In this document: piece after piece, positions 15,700 to 31,800 of the stretch
How positions within the stretch are numbered: the first letter of the stretch is position 1
How the letters are laid out: each line of letters opens with the position of its first letter
Source: Eledone cirrhosa
Taxonomy: Eukaryota
Direction of reading: 5' to 3'
Length of the DNA: 64,000 nucleotides
Assembly (NCBI GenBank): GCA_964016885.1
Contig: OZ024740.1
Location: 108,004,001 to 108,068,000 of the forward strand
Made by a program: the position numbers and the translations under genes
Notes under the pieces: generated by a model
The model's input: the letters and a program-made list of their open reading frames with translations, nothing else
The model's database searches: none
What the model was told of the DNA's origin: nothing

Positions 15700-15910
15700 T
15701 GATAATAGTGGTGGTGGTGAGTTGTGGCAGTGGAGATAGTAATGCTAGTGGTAGAGGTGGTGGTGGTGGTGATGATGGCTGTGGTTATGATGATGGTGGT
15801 TATGATGGCTGTGGTGGTGGTAATGATGATGGTGCTGGGGATGGTTGTGGTAGTGGTGGTGATAGTAATAAAACTAAATGGAGGGATACCAACAATAATG
15901 ATAATAACAG
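15700..15910. repeat. (GGT/GAT)n trinucleotide low-complexity tract
   Basis: Direct reading. Confidence 0.9.
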
Positions 15911-17134
15911 GCAGCCTAATTTGCCCATTATTCAGCAAACCAGGGAAAAGGTCAGACTGAAAACAGGAACCAAGGCAACTTCCACCCTTCCAGTCTTGAC
16001 ATACAATTAGAGAGGTCACCCAGCCCACACAGTATGTATGTGTGTGTGTGTGCACATATACACACATAAAACAAGCATGCACATGTGAGTGTTTGTTTAT
16101 ATGTATGTGTGTATGTGTTTATATATATATATATATTTCTATATATATACACACACACACACTGTAGAGCTGTAACATTGTGCCATATTTGTGTAATGAA
16201 TATATACACAAATTATACACACTGTAGTACTCAACACAATCAGAGAGAACTGTGAACACTCTTCCCCTTAGCCCCCATCATTAATCTGTCTCTATCTCTG
16301 TATCTCTCCTTCTCTGTCTACCCCACCTCTATCATTCACCCCTGTTCTTTCTCTCCCTCTAACTATCTGTTTTTCTCCCCCTTCTCTCTCCACTTCTCAC
16401 TATCTTTCTATCTCCCCCCTTCTCTCTCACATTTCCTTCCCTATCTCTCTCTCCCCTCATCACCTTCCATATCTATCTATTCCTCCTCCCACTCCCTTCA
16501 CTCTGTGTGTCTCTCTGACTTCAGGTTACAAGATGTCACACAATGAAATGCTTGGGTCAACTTTCCCCAGTATTAGAGGAATCACAAGTTAAATATATAA
16601 AAAGAAGTTGTAGAACAAGTGACAAAACGTGAGAGACTCCCCTCCCCCTCTATCGTGAGAGACTCCCCTCCCCCTCTATCTTGAGAGACTCCCCTCCCCC
16701 TCTATCTAACTATCTCTTGTTAAAAAGACAGTAGTTATTAATTATATAATTTTAATTCAGCAAAGAAATACAGAATCTTCTCTAATATCTTCTACCAGGA
16801 ATAGGATTTATTAAAATACACACACACATTCTACATATTTATATATTCAAACATACACACACTCAACTATACATAAAATATATCCAAATGACAGACAGAC
16901 ATATTACATAAACTGATACGCATACTCATGAATATATTGTGTGTGTAAGTGTGTGTATATACACACACAATCACAAATATATATATACACACACAATCAT
17001 AAACTATACACACTCATAAATATATTTCCACAAAATGGCTGACTGAATACACACGTGCTTTTTCTCAAAACATTTGTTTCCATTCCTTCTTCTCACTCTC
17101 TATCTTCCTATTTCATCTTTTATTTCTCATTCTA

Positions 17135-17170
17135 TCTTCTGATGAAGGACTAATGTCTGAAACATTAAGA
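17135..17170 (+). ncRNA. Degenerate minimal type I hammerhead motif (Penelope-type)
   Basis: TCTT-CTGATGA-A-GGAC TAAT GTCT-GAAAC-ATT-AAGA. Stems I and II pair. GAAACATT looks like CpG-decayed GAAACGTT. Confidence 0.5.
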
Positions 17171-17280
17171 CACTTTTCCTACTATATCAAGTATTAAACT
17201 AATATATTTCTTCATTGTACTGTGTTGTTTGCTTTGTAGTTTCTGTTTATATATATATATATATATTCATTTTATTAAGG

Positions 17281-17328
17281 CTTGTTACTCTGGAGTTTCG
17301 CCTGTTTATCACAGAGTTATCAGACAAG
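17281..17328 (-). ncRNA. Type I hammerhead motif with G8A core change
   Basis: Minus strand CTTGT-CTGATAA-C TCTGT gataa ACAGG C-GAA ACTC ca GAGT A-ACAAG. All three stems pair and the triplet is GUA. Confidence 0.65.
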
Positions 17329-17436
17329 AGTTCGGTTTTGAGTACTCCTTTCTCTCAGCCGTCAACAACATACAGATATATATTGTAGTGCATTTGAGCA
17401 CTGTACACAATAATTTCATTATATATTATATATATA

Positions 17437-17625
17437 GGGCGGTGGATTGGCAGTATTGGTAGAGGGTCGGACGCCATGCTTTCCAGCATAGTTACGTCCC
17501 TTTACGGTCTGAGTTCAAATCCTGCCGAGGTTAACTTTGCCTTTCATCCTTACGGGGTCGATAAAGTAAAGTACCAGTAATGTACTGGGTAATTGATGGC
17601 CTCGTGCCAAAAGTAGAAACAATTA
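17437..17625 (+). mobile_element. tRNA-derived SINE (family B)
   Basis: TGGCAGTATTGG A-box, GAGTTCAAATC B-box, GCCTTTCATCCTTACGGGGTCGATAAA body. Four copies in the window. Confidence 0.85.
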
Positions 17626-17814
17626 TATATTATATATATATCATCATCATTTTACGTCCGATTTCCCTGCTTGCCAGGGTGTGTGTGTGTGTGTGTATAT
17701 ATATAGATATATATACACACACACGCGCACACGCACACGCACACACACACACACACACATACATATACATGTATTTGTGTGTGTGTTGGATCTCTGTCAG
17801 TTCTGACAATGTGT

Positions 17815-18050
17815 GTTCCAGCTGTTTGAACAACAGAATAGCCTGTTTATGAATTACACGCGTGTACCCTTAAAGTAATTGTTAGAGACTGGCCCTTTGA
17901 ATTTCAGGTGTAACTCACTTTTGCCAGGAGAGTGGACTGAAACAATGTGAAATAAAGTGTCTTTCTTAAGAACATAATGTGTTGCTGGGAATTGAACTCA
18001 TAACTATATGATTCTGAGCCAAATACCCTAACCACAAAGTTGTGTGCTGT
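17815..18050 (-). mobile_element. tRNA-derived SINE (family A), diverged
   Basis: Reverse complement of the head, core and tail seen at 14810 and 63600. Confidence 0.7.
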
Positions 18051-18547
18051 CACACACACACATATATATATATACACACTCATATACACACACACACAAA
18101 TAATATATAAATGTGTGTGTGAATGTCTTCATGCACATACATAGATACATACACATATATATATATTAATACATGCACTGAACCATTTGTTGCCAGGGAT
18201 GAAACATGTGAGGGGGAAGAGGAGGAAGAAGGGGAAGAAGGGACGGTAAGAAGAAGGAAATGAAGAAGCATGAAGAGGAGAAAAGAAAAAAGAAAATGAT
18301 GAATTAAGAAAAAAAAATTAAATTAAAGTGAAATAGGAGATAAGATGAAAGTGATGGGAAGAGGGAATGAAACTACGTCTAATTTTGGCTGGAAAACTTG
18401 TAAACATGTGAGAAACTTTTTATTTATTCTGCTTGGGAGGAAGATAGACAAGAGAGCTAGTATGTGGTCGCTGGAAATGTTAGAAATATCTCTCAAATCA
18501 CACTCAAGTGTCTTTTTTTTTTTTAATGAAAGATGTGTTAGCTAATA

Positions 18548-18745
18548 TGAGGGGCGGCTAAAAAGTTCATAGGCTGACCAAAATACTCTCATGGAATGAC
18601 CAAATGAGGTTTATTTTTCAACATAGTCATTGGAAAGAAACAATGCAGTTATAACTAAGATGAGTCGAAATTAATGTATGCAAAATTTCACAGCTCTAGC
18701 ATCACTCCTTCATAGTTAGCCTATGAACTTTTCAGCCCACTCTCG
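18548..18745. mobile_element. mariner-type MITE, about 200 bp
   Basis: Imperfect TIRs TGAGGGGCGGCTAAAAAGTTCATAGGCTGAC / GTTAGCCTATGAACTTTTCAGCCCACTCTCG, with TA on both sides. Confidence 0.75.
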
Positions 18746-18964
18746 TATAGTCCTAAAGTCATTAATCACTATCATCATCACCACCACCATTTAATGTTTA
18801 TTTTCCATGTTTGCATGGGCTGTCACATACTGGGGCTTTCTGGAAAAAACAAATGAGGGTGGAGACAATCAGAGCTGGAATGTTTTCAGTGATAGGTCTG
18901 CTTGGCCAAGGTTCACCTGGAGCTAAACAACTATAGCAACAACAAAAGAGAAGCAAGCTTCACC

Positions 18965-19185
18965 TAATTTTTAACATGAACAGGACTTCTCCATTGACAC
19001 CACACTTTTTTTTTATGTGGTCGATCTGGAGGAAAGAACAGAGCCCATGGTCTTCGCAAGACTTCCCTTAGATCACAGTGATTGATGCTGCTAATGTTCC
19101 CTTGCAGGTTCAATCTTTTGGGAGAAACATGTTTAGGGAAAGAGTTCCAAAGGACCAACACTCTAGGCAAGAACAAAAGTGTTTA
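18965..19185 (-). mobile_element. 3' fragment of a CR1/Jockey-type LINE
   Basis: FLPRVLVLWNSFPKHVSPKRLNLQ resembles the FFPR..LWNSLP C-terminal motif of these LINE ORF2 proteins. Confidence 0.55.
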
Positions 19186-20053
19186 ATTCATGACCATAGG
19201 TAATGATTGGCATACTGTATTAACTTCAAAATGACTGGTGCACAAAATATATTACATTGCAATCTAATTTATTATATGATCAAGGTATGGTATTCACTGT
19301 ATTGTGTCCAAGGATCAAAATTGCACAGAAGGCACAGTGAACTTGGCACTGCACTAAATGCCCTCTAAAAATATAAAAGATAATAACAAACAAATAAAGA
19401 AATATTTACAAAAACAAACACTGGCCAAAAAACACACAATTTCTTCATATGTCACAAAGATTGTTGCCAAAACTTCAATGATTATATAGCTGTAATTGTA
19501 TTGAGAATACCTGTAATTGTTCTGAATTAAGCAACACAAAGTAAAGCAACACAGAAGAAATAACTCTACTAAATAGGTAAAAATAGCTTGAAAGCCCAGT
19601 TTCCAACAAAACTTTGTTGAAAGTAAATCAAAAGAAAAATACAAAGAAATAAAATTAAAATAACAAAAAAAAAATAGTTTTTTTAAAAATGTAACTGACA
19701 TTTCTGTTTAATTGACGATAACATAATTACGCAACATTAATTAGTCGAAGGTGATGTGGCTTGTACCTAAACTTTTATACAGCTTATATTGTCTCTTTAT
19801 TGAAGATACTGGCATAGCTGTGTGGTTAAAAAGTTCATTTCAGAACTCTGGTATTCGGTTCAATCCTACCGTAGAGCATATTGGGCAAGAGTTTCCCACT
19901 ATAGCCCCAGACACTGGCCAACAAATACTTTAAGAGGGAATGTGGTAGATGGAACAGAAATTAGTTTGTTATATATACAGTGAGAGACAACTGAAAGCGA
20001 CCGAAGACATGTTGCCACAAGCCACTACAACAACATTATATATATATATATAT

Positions 20054-21995
20054 ATGGTGGGACACACTATGGTCACCCGGATAGTAAACCAAGTCATACA
20101 GAATGGGGTCATTCCGAAGGACTGGCGCAGCAGCATCATCATTAACTGCTACAAGGGTAAAGGTGATGCCCTAGATAGGGGAAACTATAGAGGCATTAAA
20201 GTAATTGACCAGGTCATGAAGGTCACAGAAAAAGTAATAGCGCAAATAATCAGAGAGCGAATTGATCTAGACGAAATGCAGTTCGGGTTTGTCAGGTAAA
20301 AGTACAACAGATGCTCTTTTCATTGTATGACAACTACAGGTGAAGTACCTAGCTAAAAGTAAACCCCTATACTTAGCTTTTGTTGACTTGGAGAAAGCCT
20401 TTGACAGAGTACCCCGCTCGATTATCTGGTGGGCCCTTAGAAAACTAGGTGTTGATGAATGGCTTGTGAGAGCTATACAAGCCATGTATAAAGAAACAGT
20501 CAGCAAGGTTAGAATTAACAACGAATATAGTGAAGAGTTTAACGTAAAAGTTGGTGTTCATCAGGGCTCCGTCCTTAGCCCCCTACTATTTATTATTGCC
20601 CTTCAGGCTATAACAGAGGAGTTCAAGACCGGCTGCCCATGGGAACTCCTATATGCAGATGATCTAATGCTCATAGCTGAATCAATGGCTGAACTAGAGA
20701 AAAAATTCCAAACATGGAAGCATGGTCTAGAATCAAAAGGCCTTAAAGTTAACTTGTCTAAGACTAAAGTTCTAGTTTGTAGGAAGGAAAATAGGGCACC
20801 GGTCCCATCTGGGAAATGGCCATGCTCAGTGTGTAGGAAAGGAGTAGGTAGAAACTCCATTTTATGTCCCAAATGCAAAGTATGGGTACATAAAAGATGT
20901 AGTGGGATCACAGGTAAGCTAACTAAGAATATAGATTTTATATGTGGCCGGTGCTCTGGTGCAATAAGTAGCAGCAAGTGCCCAAAGAATACTAACTCAT
21001 TCCATTGCACAGATGGTTCTATAGAAATAGTGGACAGCTTCCGTGACCTGGGTGATAAAATCAGCAGTGGGGGAGGGTGCTCTGAAAGTACAGTAGCTAG
21101 AGTCAGAACTGGATGGAAAAAGTTCAGAGAGCTTATACCACTATTGGCCGCTAAAGGGTTCTCTTTAAAAATGAAAGGCAGGCTGTATGATGCCTGCATA
21201 AGAACAGCAATGTTACATGGCAGTGAGACCTGGGCATTGTGTGCAGAGGATATATGCAGACTGGAGAGAAACGAAGCTTGCATGCTCCGCTGGATGTGTA
21301 ATAGTAATATACGTGAACGGCAAAGCATAAACGAACTAAGGAAGAAATTAGAAATAAGAGGGATCAGATGTTGTTTACTCGAGAGAAGACTACGTTGGTA
21401 TGGTCACGTGATGCGCATGAAAGACGACAGCTGTATAAAAAAGTGCAGGGCAATAAAAATAGATGGTAGCCACGGAGTAGGCAGACCCAGAAAAACCTGG
21501 GACGACTTGATAAATTCTGACCTCACACACTTACAACTCTCCAAGACAATGTCACTGGACCGAGATCTTTGGCGCTACACAGTAATAGAGAAGACCCGCC
21601 TTATCTAAGTGCAAAGTGAAACCTACTAGTCAGTAGGCACCTCTAACAAAATACACCCCCGTCCCACTACCCCCACCCCATCCACACCACCCCTTTCAAT
21701 ATAAAGTTATGTTGGAACCACAACATCCAGCCCGAAACAGATGAGGCCGTGTAGGTGTCACGACAAAAAAAAAACACAGTCCACGCTGTAATGTGGCCGT
21801 GTAGGTAACACGGTAAAAACCTCCCAGTTCCTCACTGTAAATGTGGTTGGTGTTAGGAAGGGCATCCAGCCGTAGAAAACCCGCCAGACAGTCCTATGCG
21901 AGCAAGAAAACCACTCTTGCCTCAAGTGGGAAAACTCCCATCCAAACCCATGCGAGCGTGGAATATAGACGTTAAACGAAGATGATGATGATGAT
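20054..21995 (+). mobile_element. 5'-truncated RTE-clade LINE (subfamily 1), frameshifted RT
   Basis: NYRGIK, QFGF, FVDLEKAFDRV, GVHQGSVLSPLLF, LLYADDL, RRLRWYGHV, GRPRKTW motifs, 3' UTR and (GAT)n tail. Frame break near 20290-20340. Confidence 0.95.
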
Positions 21996-22082
21996 ATATA
22001 TATATTGTAAGTGTCACGACAAAGAAACACACAGTCCACGCTTTAATGTGGCCGTGTTACCTACACGGCCATATATATATAC

Positions 22083-22421
22083 ATCATCATCATCATCATT
22101 TTAAGCCCGTTTTTCCCTGCTTGCTAGGGTGGGACGGGAACTGATTCTGGCTTGATTTCTATAGCTGGATGCCCTTCCTAACACCAACCTCATTTACAGT
22201 GAGTGCTGGGTGCTTTTTTGCCATGGCACCTCCACGACCACTTTGCAGTGGAATGATATGGATCCCAGTCCGTATCATCTCATTTCTACAGCTGAGTAAA
22301 CTGGAACAATGTGAAATAAAGTGTCTTGCTCAAGGAAACAACACATCACCCGGTCTGAGAATTGAACTCACAACCTTTCGATTGCAAGGCCAATGCTCTA
22401 ACCACTAAGCCATGTGCCTCC
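22083..22421 (-). mobile_element. SINE (family C): tRNA head plus RTE-derived 3' tail
   Basis: Reverse-complement copy of 59403-59730, ending in the RTE subfamily-2 tail and (GAT)n. Confidence 0.85.
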
Positions 22422-22432
22422 ATATATATATA

Positions 22433-22630
22433 TAATGAAGGAAATGTGGTAAGGAACCAGATGGACCATAACGCACCAAAGTACTCAATACTGAGGATAG
22501 TAGAGTGGGTAATAGGAACGAGTAGGACCCCGACGGCTGAGCTCAACCTGTTTCGACGGCTATTTCTGGACTAATTCCAGAATTAGCCGTCAAAACGGCT
22601 TGAGCTCAGCCGTCGGGGTCCTACTCATTC

Positions 22631-22632
<2 letters not shown>
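22433..22632 (-). mobile_element. About 200-bp element containing a 107-bp fold-back palindrome with the 3' half of a hammerhead
   Basis: Palindrome 22520-22626. Inverted copy at 24138-24340 and a relative at 51151-51340. Confidence 0.75.
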
Positions 22633-23443
<811 letters not shown>

Positions 23444-24137
23444 ACCCCTTCTAGCAGTCTCTCTCTCTCTGTTAGCCTCCTCCTCAACTTTCACTCACTC
23501 ATTCTCTGTCACTACCTCTCCTCCTCCTCTTTCCTCCTCCTCCTCCTTCAAGTTTGACCTGTGTGTAATTCTTTTCTCGCGCGGTCTTGACCGAGCTGGT
23601 ATGGAATTTTTTTCTCTCTCTCTTTCGTCTGCGACTTCACAAAACTTGCGTTTACTGAATTCGTAGACCAGACCCCTTTATCTTCTTCTTCTTCTTCTTC
23701 TTCTTCCTCTTCTCTCCCTTTTCTCTCTCTCTCTTTTTTCCCCCCCCCCGTCAAACTTGGGCGAAATTCTTTCCTTGCTCACATTTCAACCAGGTTTGAT
23801 GGTCTTTTGTCTCTTGTTCACGATTTCACAGAGTTTATATTCATAGAGATCTGGGACTTGTCTATTTCTACTCACTTTCCGTTGCTAAAACTTTTTTGTT
23901 GTTACTCTGGCGTCCCCCTTTATTTACGTGTCCCAACGACTTTTTTTAGCCGTTGTTCGCACCAACCCGAGGCATATGGCCCTTAAAGCGATGAAATGCC
24001 CAGGACGGTTGGAGGGTCACTGATGAAGGACTCACTTTTTCATATGTATCCCATTTGCAACGCCGCAGCTCCATTATTATCATATTTACATATATATATA
24101 TGTATATATATATGTTTATTTATATGTATATATATAT

Positions 24138-24340
24138 ATGAATGAGTAGGACCCCGACGGCTGAGCTCAAGCCGTTTTGACGGCTAATTCTGGAATTAGT
24201 TCAGAATTAGCCGTCAAAACAGGTTGAGCTCAGCCGTCGGGGTCCTACTCGTTCCTATTACCCACTCTACTATCCTCAGTATTGAGTACTTTGGTGCGTT
24301 ATGGTCCATCTGGTTCCTTACCATATTTCCTTCATTATAT
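24138..24340 (+). mobile_element. Second copy of the 200-bp palindrome element, inverted relative to 22433-22632
   Basis: Palindrome 24144-24250 followed by the same tail (GTATTGAGTACTTTGGTGCGTTATGG...TTCCTTCATTATA). Confidence 0.75.
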
Positions 24341-24343
24341 GTG

Positions 24344-24560
24344 AAGGCGTGTGGCTGAGTGGTTAGAGAATTGGATTCACAATCTTGAGATTGTGAGTTC
24401 GATTCCTGGACCGATCGATGCGTTATGTCCTTGAGCAAGACACTTTATTTCACGTTGCTCCTTCTACCTGGAGTTGCGACCGATAGTTAGTATTAGCAAC
24501 TGGAAAGACCGCCGAAAACATTGTTTCCTCGGTCCGATTTGACGAAAGTCGATCGATCAA
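24344..24560 (+). mobile_element. tRNA-derived SINE
   Basis: TGGCTGAGTGG A-box, GAGTTCGATTCC B-box, TGTCCTTGAGCAAGACACTTTATTTCAC core. Confidence 0.8.
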
Positions 24561-24563
24561 AAA

Positions 24564-24594
<31 letters not shown>

Positions 24595-24619
24595 TACATG
24601 TATATATATATATATATAA

Positions 24620-25487
24620 ACAAAACCCTGATTCTGTCAGGGAAATGGCCATGTTCGATATGCAGAAAAAGGAACTGGCATAAATTCTATAAAATGCACA
24701 CAATGCAGGTCCTGGGTACACAAGAGATGTAGCGGGATAGCAGGCAAACTAACAGGTAGGGAGAAATATGTATGCAGTAGATGTACAGGGAAATTAGACA
24801 GTAGAAGTCGCACTGATAGACACATTTTTCAAATGCGAGAGGGCGCTATAGAAGTGGTGGATAGCTTCCGGTACCTAGGAGATCAGATTAGCATGGGAGG
24901 AGGGTGTTCCGAGGCCATAGTATCTAGAATAAGGACGGGTTGGAAGAAGTTTAGGGAGCTGCTTCCTCTGTTGACGAAGAAGGGTTTCTCCCTGCGTACG
25001 AAAGGCCGGTTGTATGATGCCTGTGTGAGGAGCGCGATGCTGCATGGTAGTGAGACATGGGCAGCAACCGCAGAAGATATGCGACGGCTGGAGAGAAATG
25101 AGGCAAGCATGCTCCGTTGGATGTGCAGTGTAAATGTGCGTGAACGACCCAGCATAAATGTGTTGAGAGAGAAACTGTGTCTGAGAGGGATAGAATGTAG
25201 TGTACGGGAGAGGAGACTGAGGTGGTATGGACATGTGATGCGCATGGAGGATGACCGATGGGTGAAGAAGTGCCAGGAAATGCCAGTTGAAGGAAGACGT
25301 GGTAGAGGTAGACCACGAAAAACATGGGCGGAGGTGGTGAGAACAGACCTCAGATCATTGAAGCTCACGGTGGAGATGACGAGGGACCGTGACGAGTGGA
25401 GAGATGCTGTGCTGAATAAGATCCGTCCCACCCTTGCAAGCAGGGAAAAGCGGACGTAAAATGATGATGATGATGATGATGATGATA
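24620..25487 (+). mobile_element. 5'-truncated RTE-clade LINE (subfamily 2)
   Basis: Cys-rich insert, then FRYLG, MLHGSETW, RRLRWYGHV, GRPRKTW. The stop is followed directly by a (GAT)n tail. Confidence 0.93.
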
Positions 25488-25800
25488 TCATCATCATCAT
25501 CATCATCATCAACGTTTAACGTCCGTGTTCCACGCTTGCATGGGTTTGGACGGGGGTAGTCCCACTTGAGGCAAGAGTGATTGTCTTGCTCGCATAGGAC
25601 TGTCTGGCAGGTTTTCTACAGTTGGATGCCCTTCCTAACACCAACCACATTTACAGTGTGGGTCTGGGAGGTTTTTACCGTGTTGCCTACACGGCCACAT
25701 TACAGCGTGGACTGTGTGTTTTTTTGTCGTGACACCTACACGATCTCATTTGTTTCGGCCTCGATGGCGCGGCACCAACATAACTTTACATAGAACGGGG
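25488..25800 (-). mobile_element. RTE subfamily-1 3' UTR fragment, tail-to-tail with the previous element
   Basis: Reverse complement of about 21690-21995 including the (ATC)n tail. Confidence 0.9.
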
Positions 25801-26122
25801 TGGTTGCTAGACACTACGGCTTAATACGGGATGTTTGTTTACAAACACACCGAGCATTATAATAAATGTTCGGTGAATCCATACGTGCATATATATATGT
25901 GTGCATGTATGTATATATATATATACATACTACTGTACGTCGGTATGCATATATGTATGTACGTGTACATACTTATATTTAAGTAACAGCCGTACTAAGA
26001 GTGGGAAATGAAATATCGTTTCATTTTTTCCGTTTATCGTTTTCGGTGCACCCGGCCGATTAACCCACTCGATATGCATATTGGGCTACTCAGCCGTTAA
26101 TATGCATAAGGTAAGTATATAC

Positions 26123-26209
26123 GTTCAACAATCTGGCAGGAAGGTATACGTTGCTGACGATAGCTAACAAGCTTGAAACTAGTACAGCGTTCCTTTGTCA
26201 GTGTTGAAC
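26123..26209 (+). ncRNA. Extended type I hammerhead ribozyme, copy 1 (predicted cleavage after 26184)
   Basis: Stem I ACGTTG/CAGCGT, extended by GGA/TCC, CTGGCA/TGTCAG and GTTCAACA/TGTTGAAC. CTGACGA at 26154-26160, stem II T-AGC taacaa GCT-T, GAAA at 26175-26178, palindromic mini stem III ACTAGT, GUA triplet. Confidence 0.88.
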
Positions 26210-26544
26210 AAACGAGCAACGGTGGTTGCTAGACACTACGGCTTAATACGGGATGTTTGTTTACAAACACACCGAGCATTATAATAAATGTTCGGTGAAT
26301 CCATACGTGCATATATATATGTGTGCATGTATGTATATATATATATACATACTACTGTACGTCGGTATGCATATATGTATGTACGTGTACATACTTATAT
26401 TTAAGTAACAGCCGTACTAAGAGTGGGAAATGAAATATCGTTTCATTTTTTCCGTTTATCGTTTTCGGTGCACCCGGCCGATTAACCCACTCGATATGCA
26501 TATTGGGCTACTCAGCCGTTAATATGCATAAGGTAAGTATATAC

Positions 26545-26631
26545 GTTCAACAATCTGGCAGGAAGGTATACGTTGCTGACGATAGCTAACAAGCTTGAAA
26601 CTAGTACAGCGTTCCTTTGTCAGTGTTGAAC
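26545..26631 (+). ncRNA. Extended type I hammerhead ribozyme, copy 2 (cleavage after 26606)
   Basis: Same sequence as copy 1. CTGACGA at 26576. Confidence 0.88.
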
Positions 26632-26966
26632 AAACGAGCAACGGTGGTTGCTAGACACTACGGCTTAATACGGGATGTTTGTTTACAAACACACCGAGCA
26701 TTATAATAAATGTTCGGTGAATCCATACGTGCATATATATATGTGTGCATGTATGTATATATATATATACATACTACTGTACGTCGGTATGCATATATGT
26801 ATGTACGTGTACATACTTATATTTAAGTAACAGCCGTACTAAGAGTGGGAAATGAAATATCGTTTCATTTTTTCCGTTTATCGTTTTCGGTGCACCCGGC
26901 CGATTAACCCACTCGATATGCATATTGGGCTACTCAGCCGTTAATATGCATAAGGAAAGTATATAC

Positions 26967-27053
26967 GTTCAACAATCTGGCAGGAAGGTATACGTTGCTG
27001 ACGATAGCTAACAAGCTTGAAACTAGTACAGCGTTCCTTTGTCAGTGTTGAAC
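26967..27053 (+). ncRNA. Extended type I hammerhead ribozyme, copy 3 (cleavage after 27028)
   Basis: Same sequence as copy 1. CTGACGA at 26998. Confidence 0.88.
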
Positions 27054-27246
27054 AAACGAGCAACGGTGGTTGCTAGACACTACGGCTTAATACGGGATGT
27101 TTGTTTACAAACACACCGAGCATTATAATAAATGTTCGGTGAATCCATACGTGCATATATATATGTGTGCATGTATGTATATATATATATACATACTACT
27201 GTACGTCGGTATGCATATATGTATGTACGTGTACATACTTATATTT

Positions 27247-31800
<4,554 letters not shown>

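Larger units (their letters stand above)
25799..27246 (+). mobile_element. Tandem array of 422-bp hammerhead-containing units (non-LTR retrozyme-like), about 3.4 copies
   Basis: TGGTTGCTAGACAC recurs at 25801, 26223, 26645 and 27067. Only one substitution was noticed between units (GGTAAG to GGAAAG near 26956). One HHR per full unit and no credible coding ORF. Confidence 0.88.

Noticed and set aside
15657-16082. Gly/Asp-, Val/Met- and Thr/Ile-rich ORFs
   Set aside because: They are trinucleotide low-complexity sequence read in several frames.
20340-21608. RT ORFs as intact genes or a retron/DGR system
   Set aside because: The motifs are RTE or CR1-type LINE. All copies are truncated or disrupted and end in LINE tails.
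24016-24035. GTCACTGATGAAGGAC as a hammerhead
   Set aside because: No stem II closure or GAAA box follows. At most it is a truncated relic.
24344-24415. tRNA genes at A/B-box sequences
   Set aside because: They continue into SINE cores and lack a full cloverleaf, so they are SINE heads.
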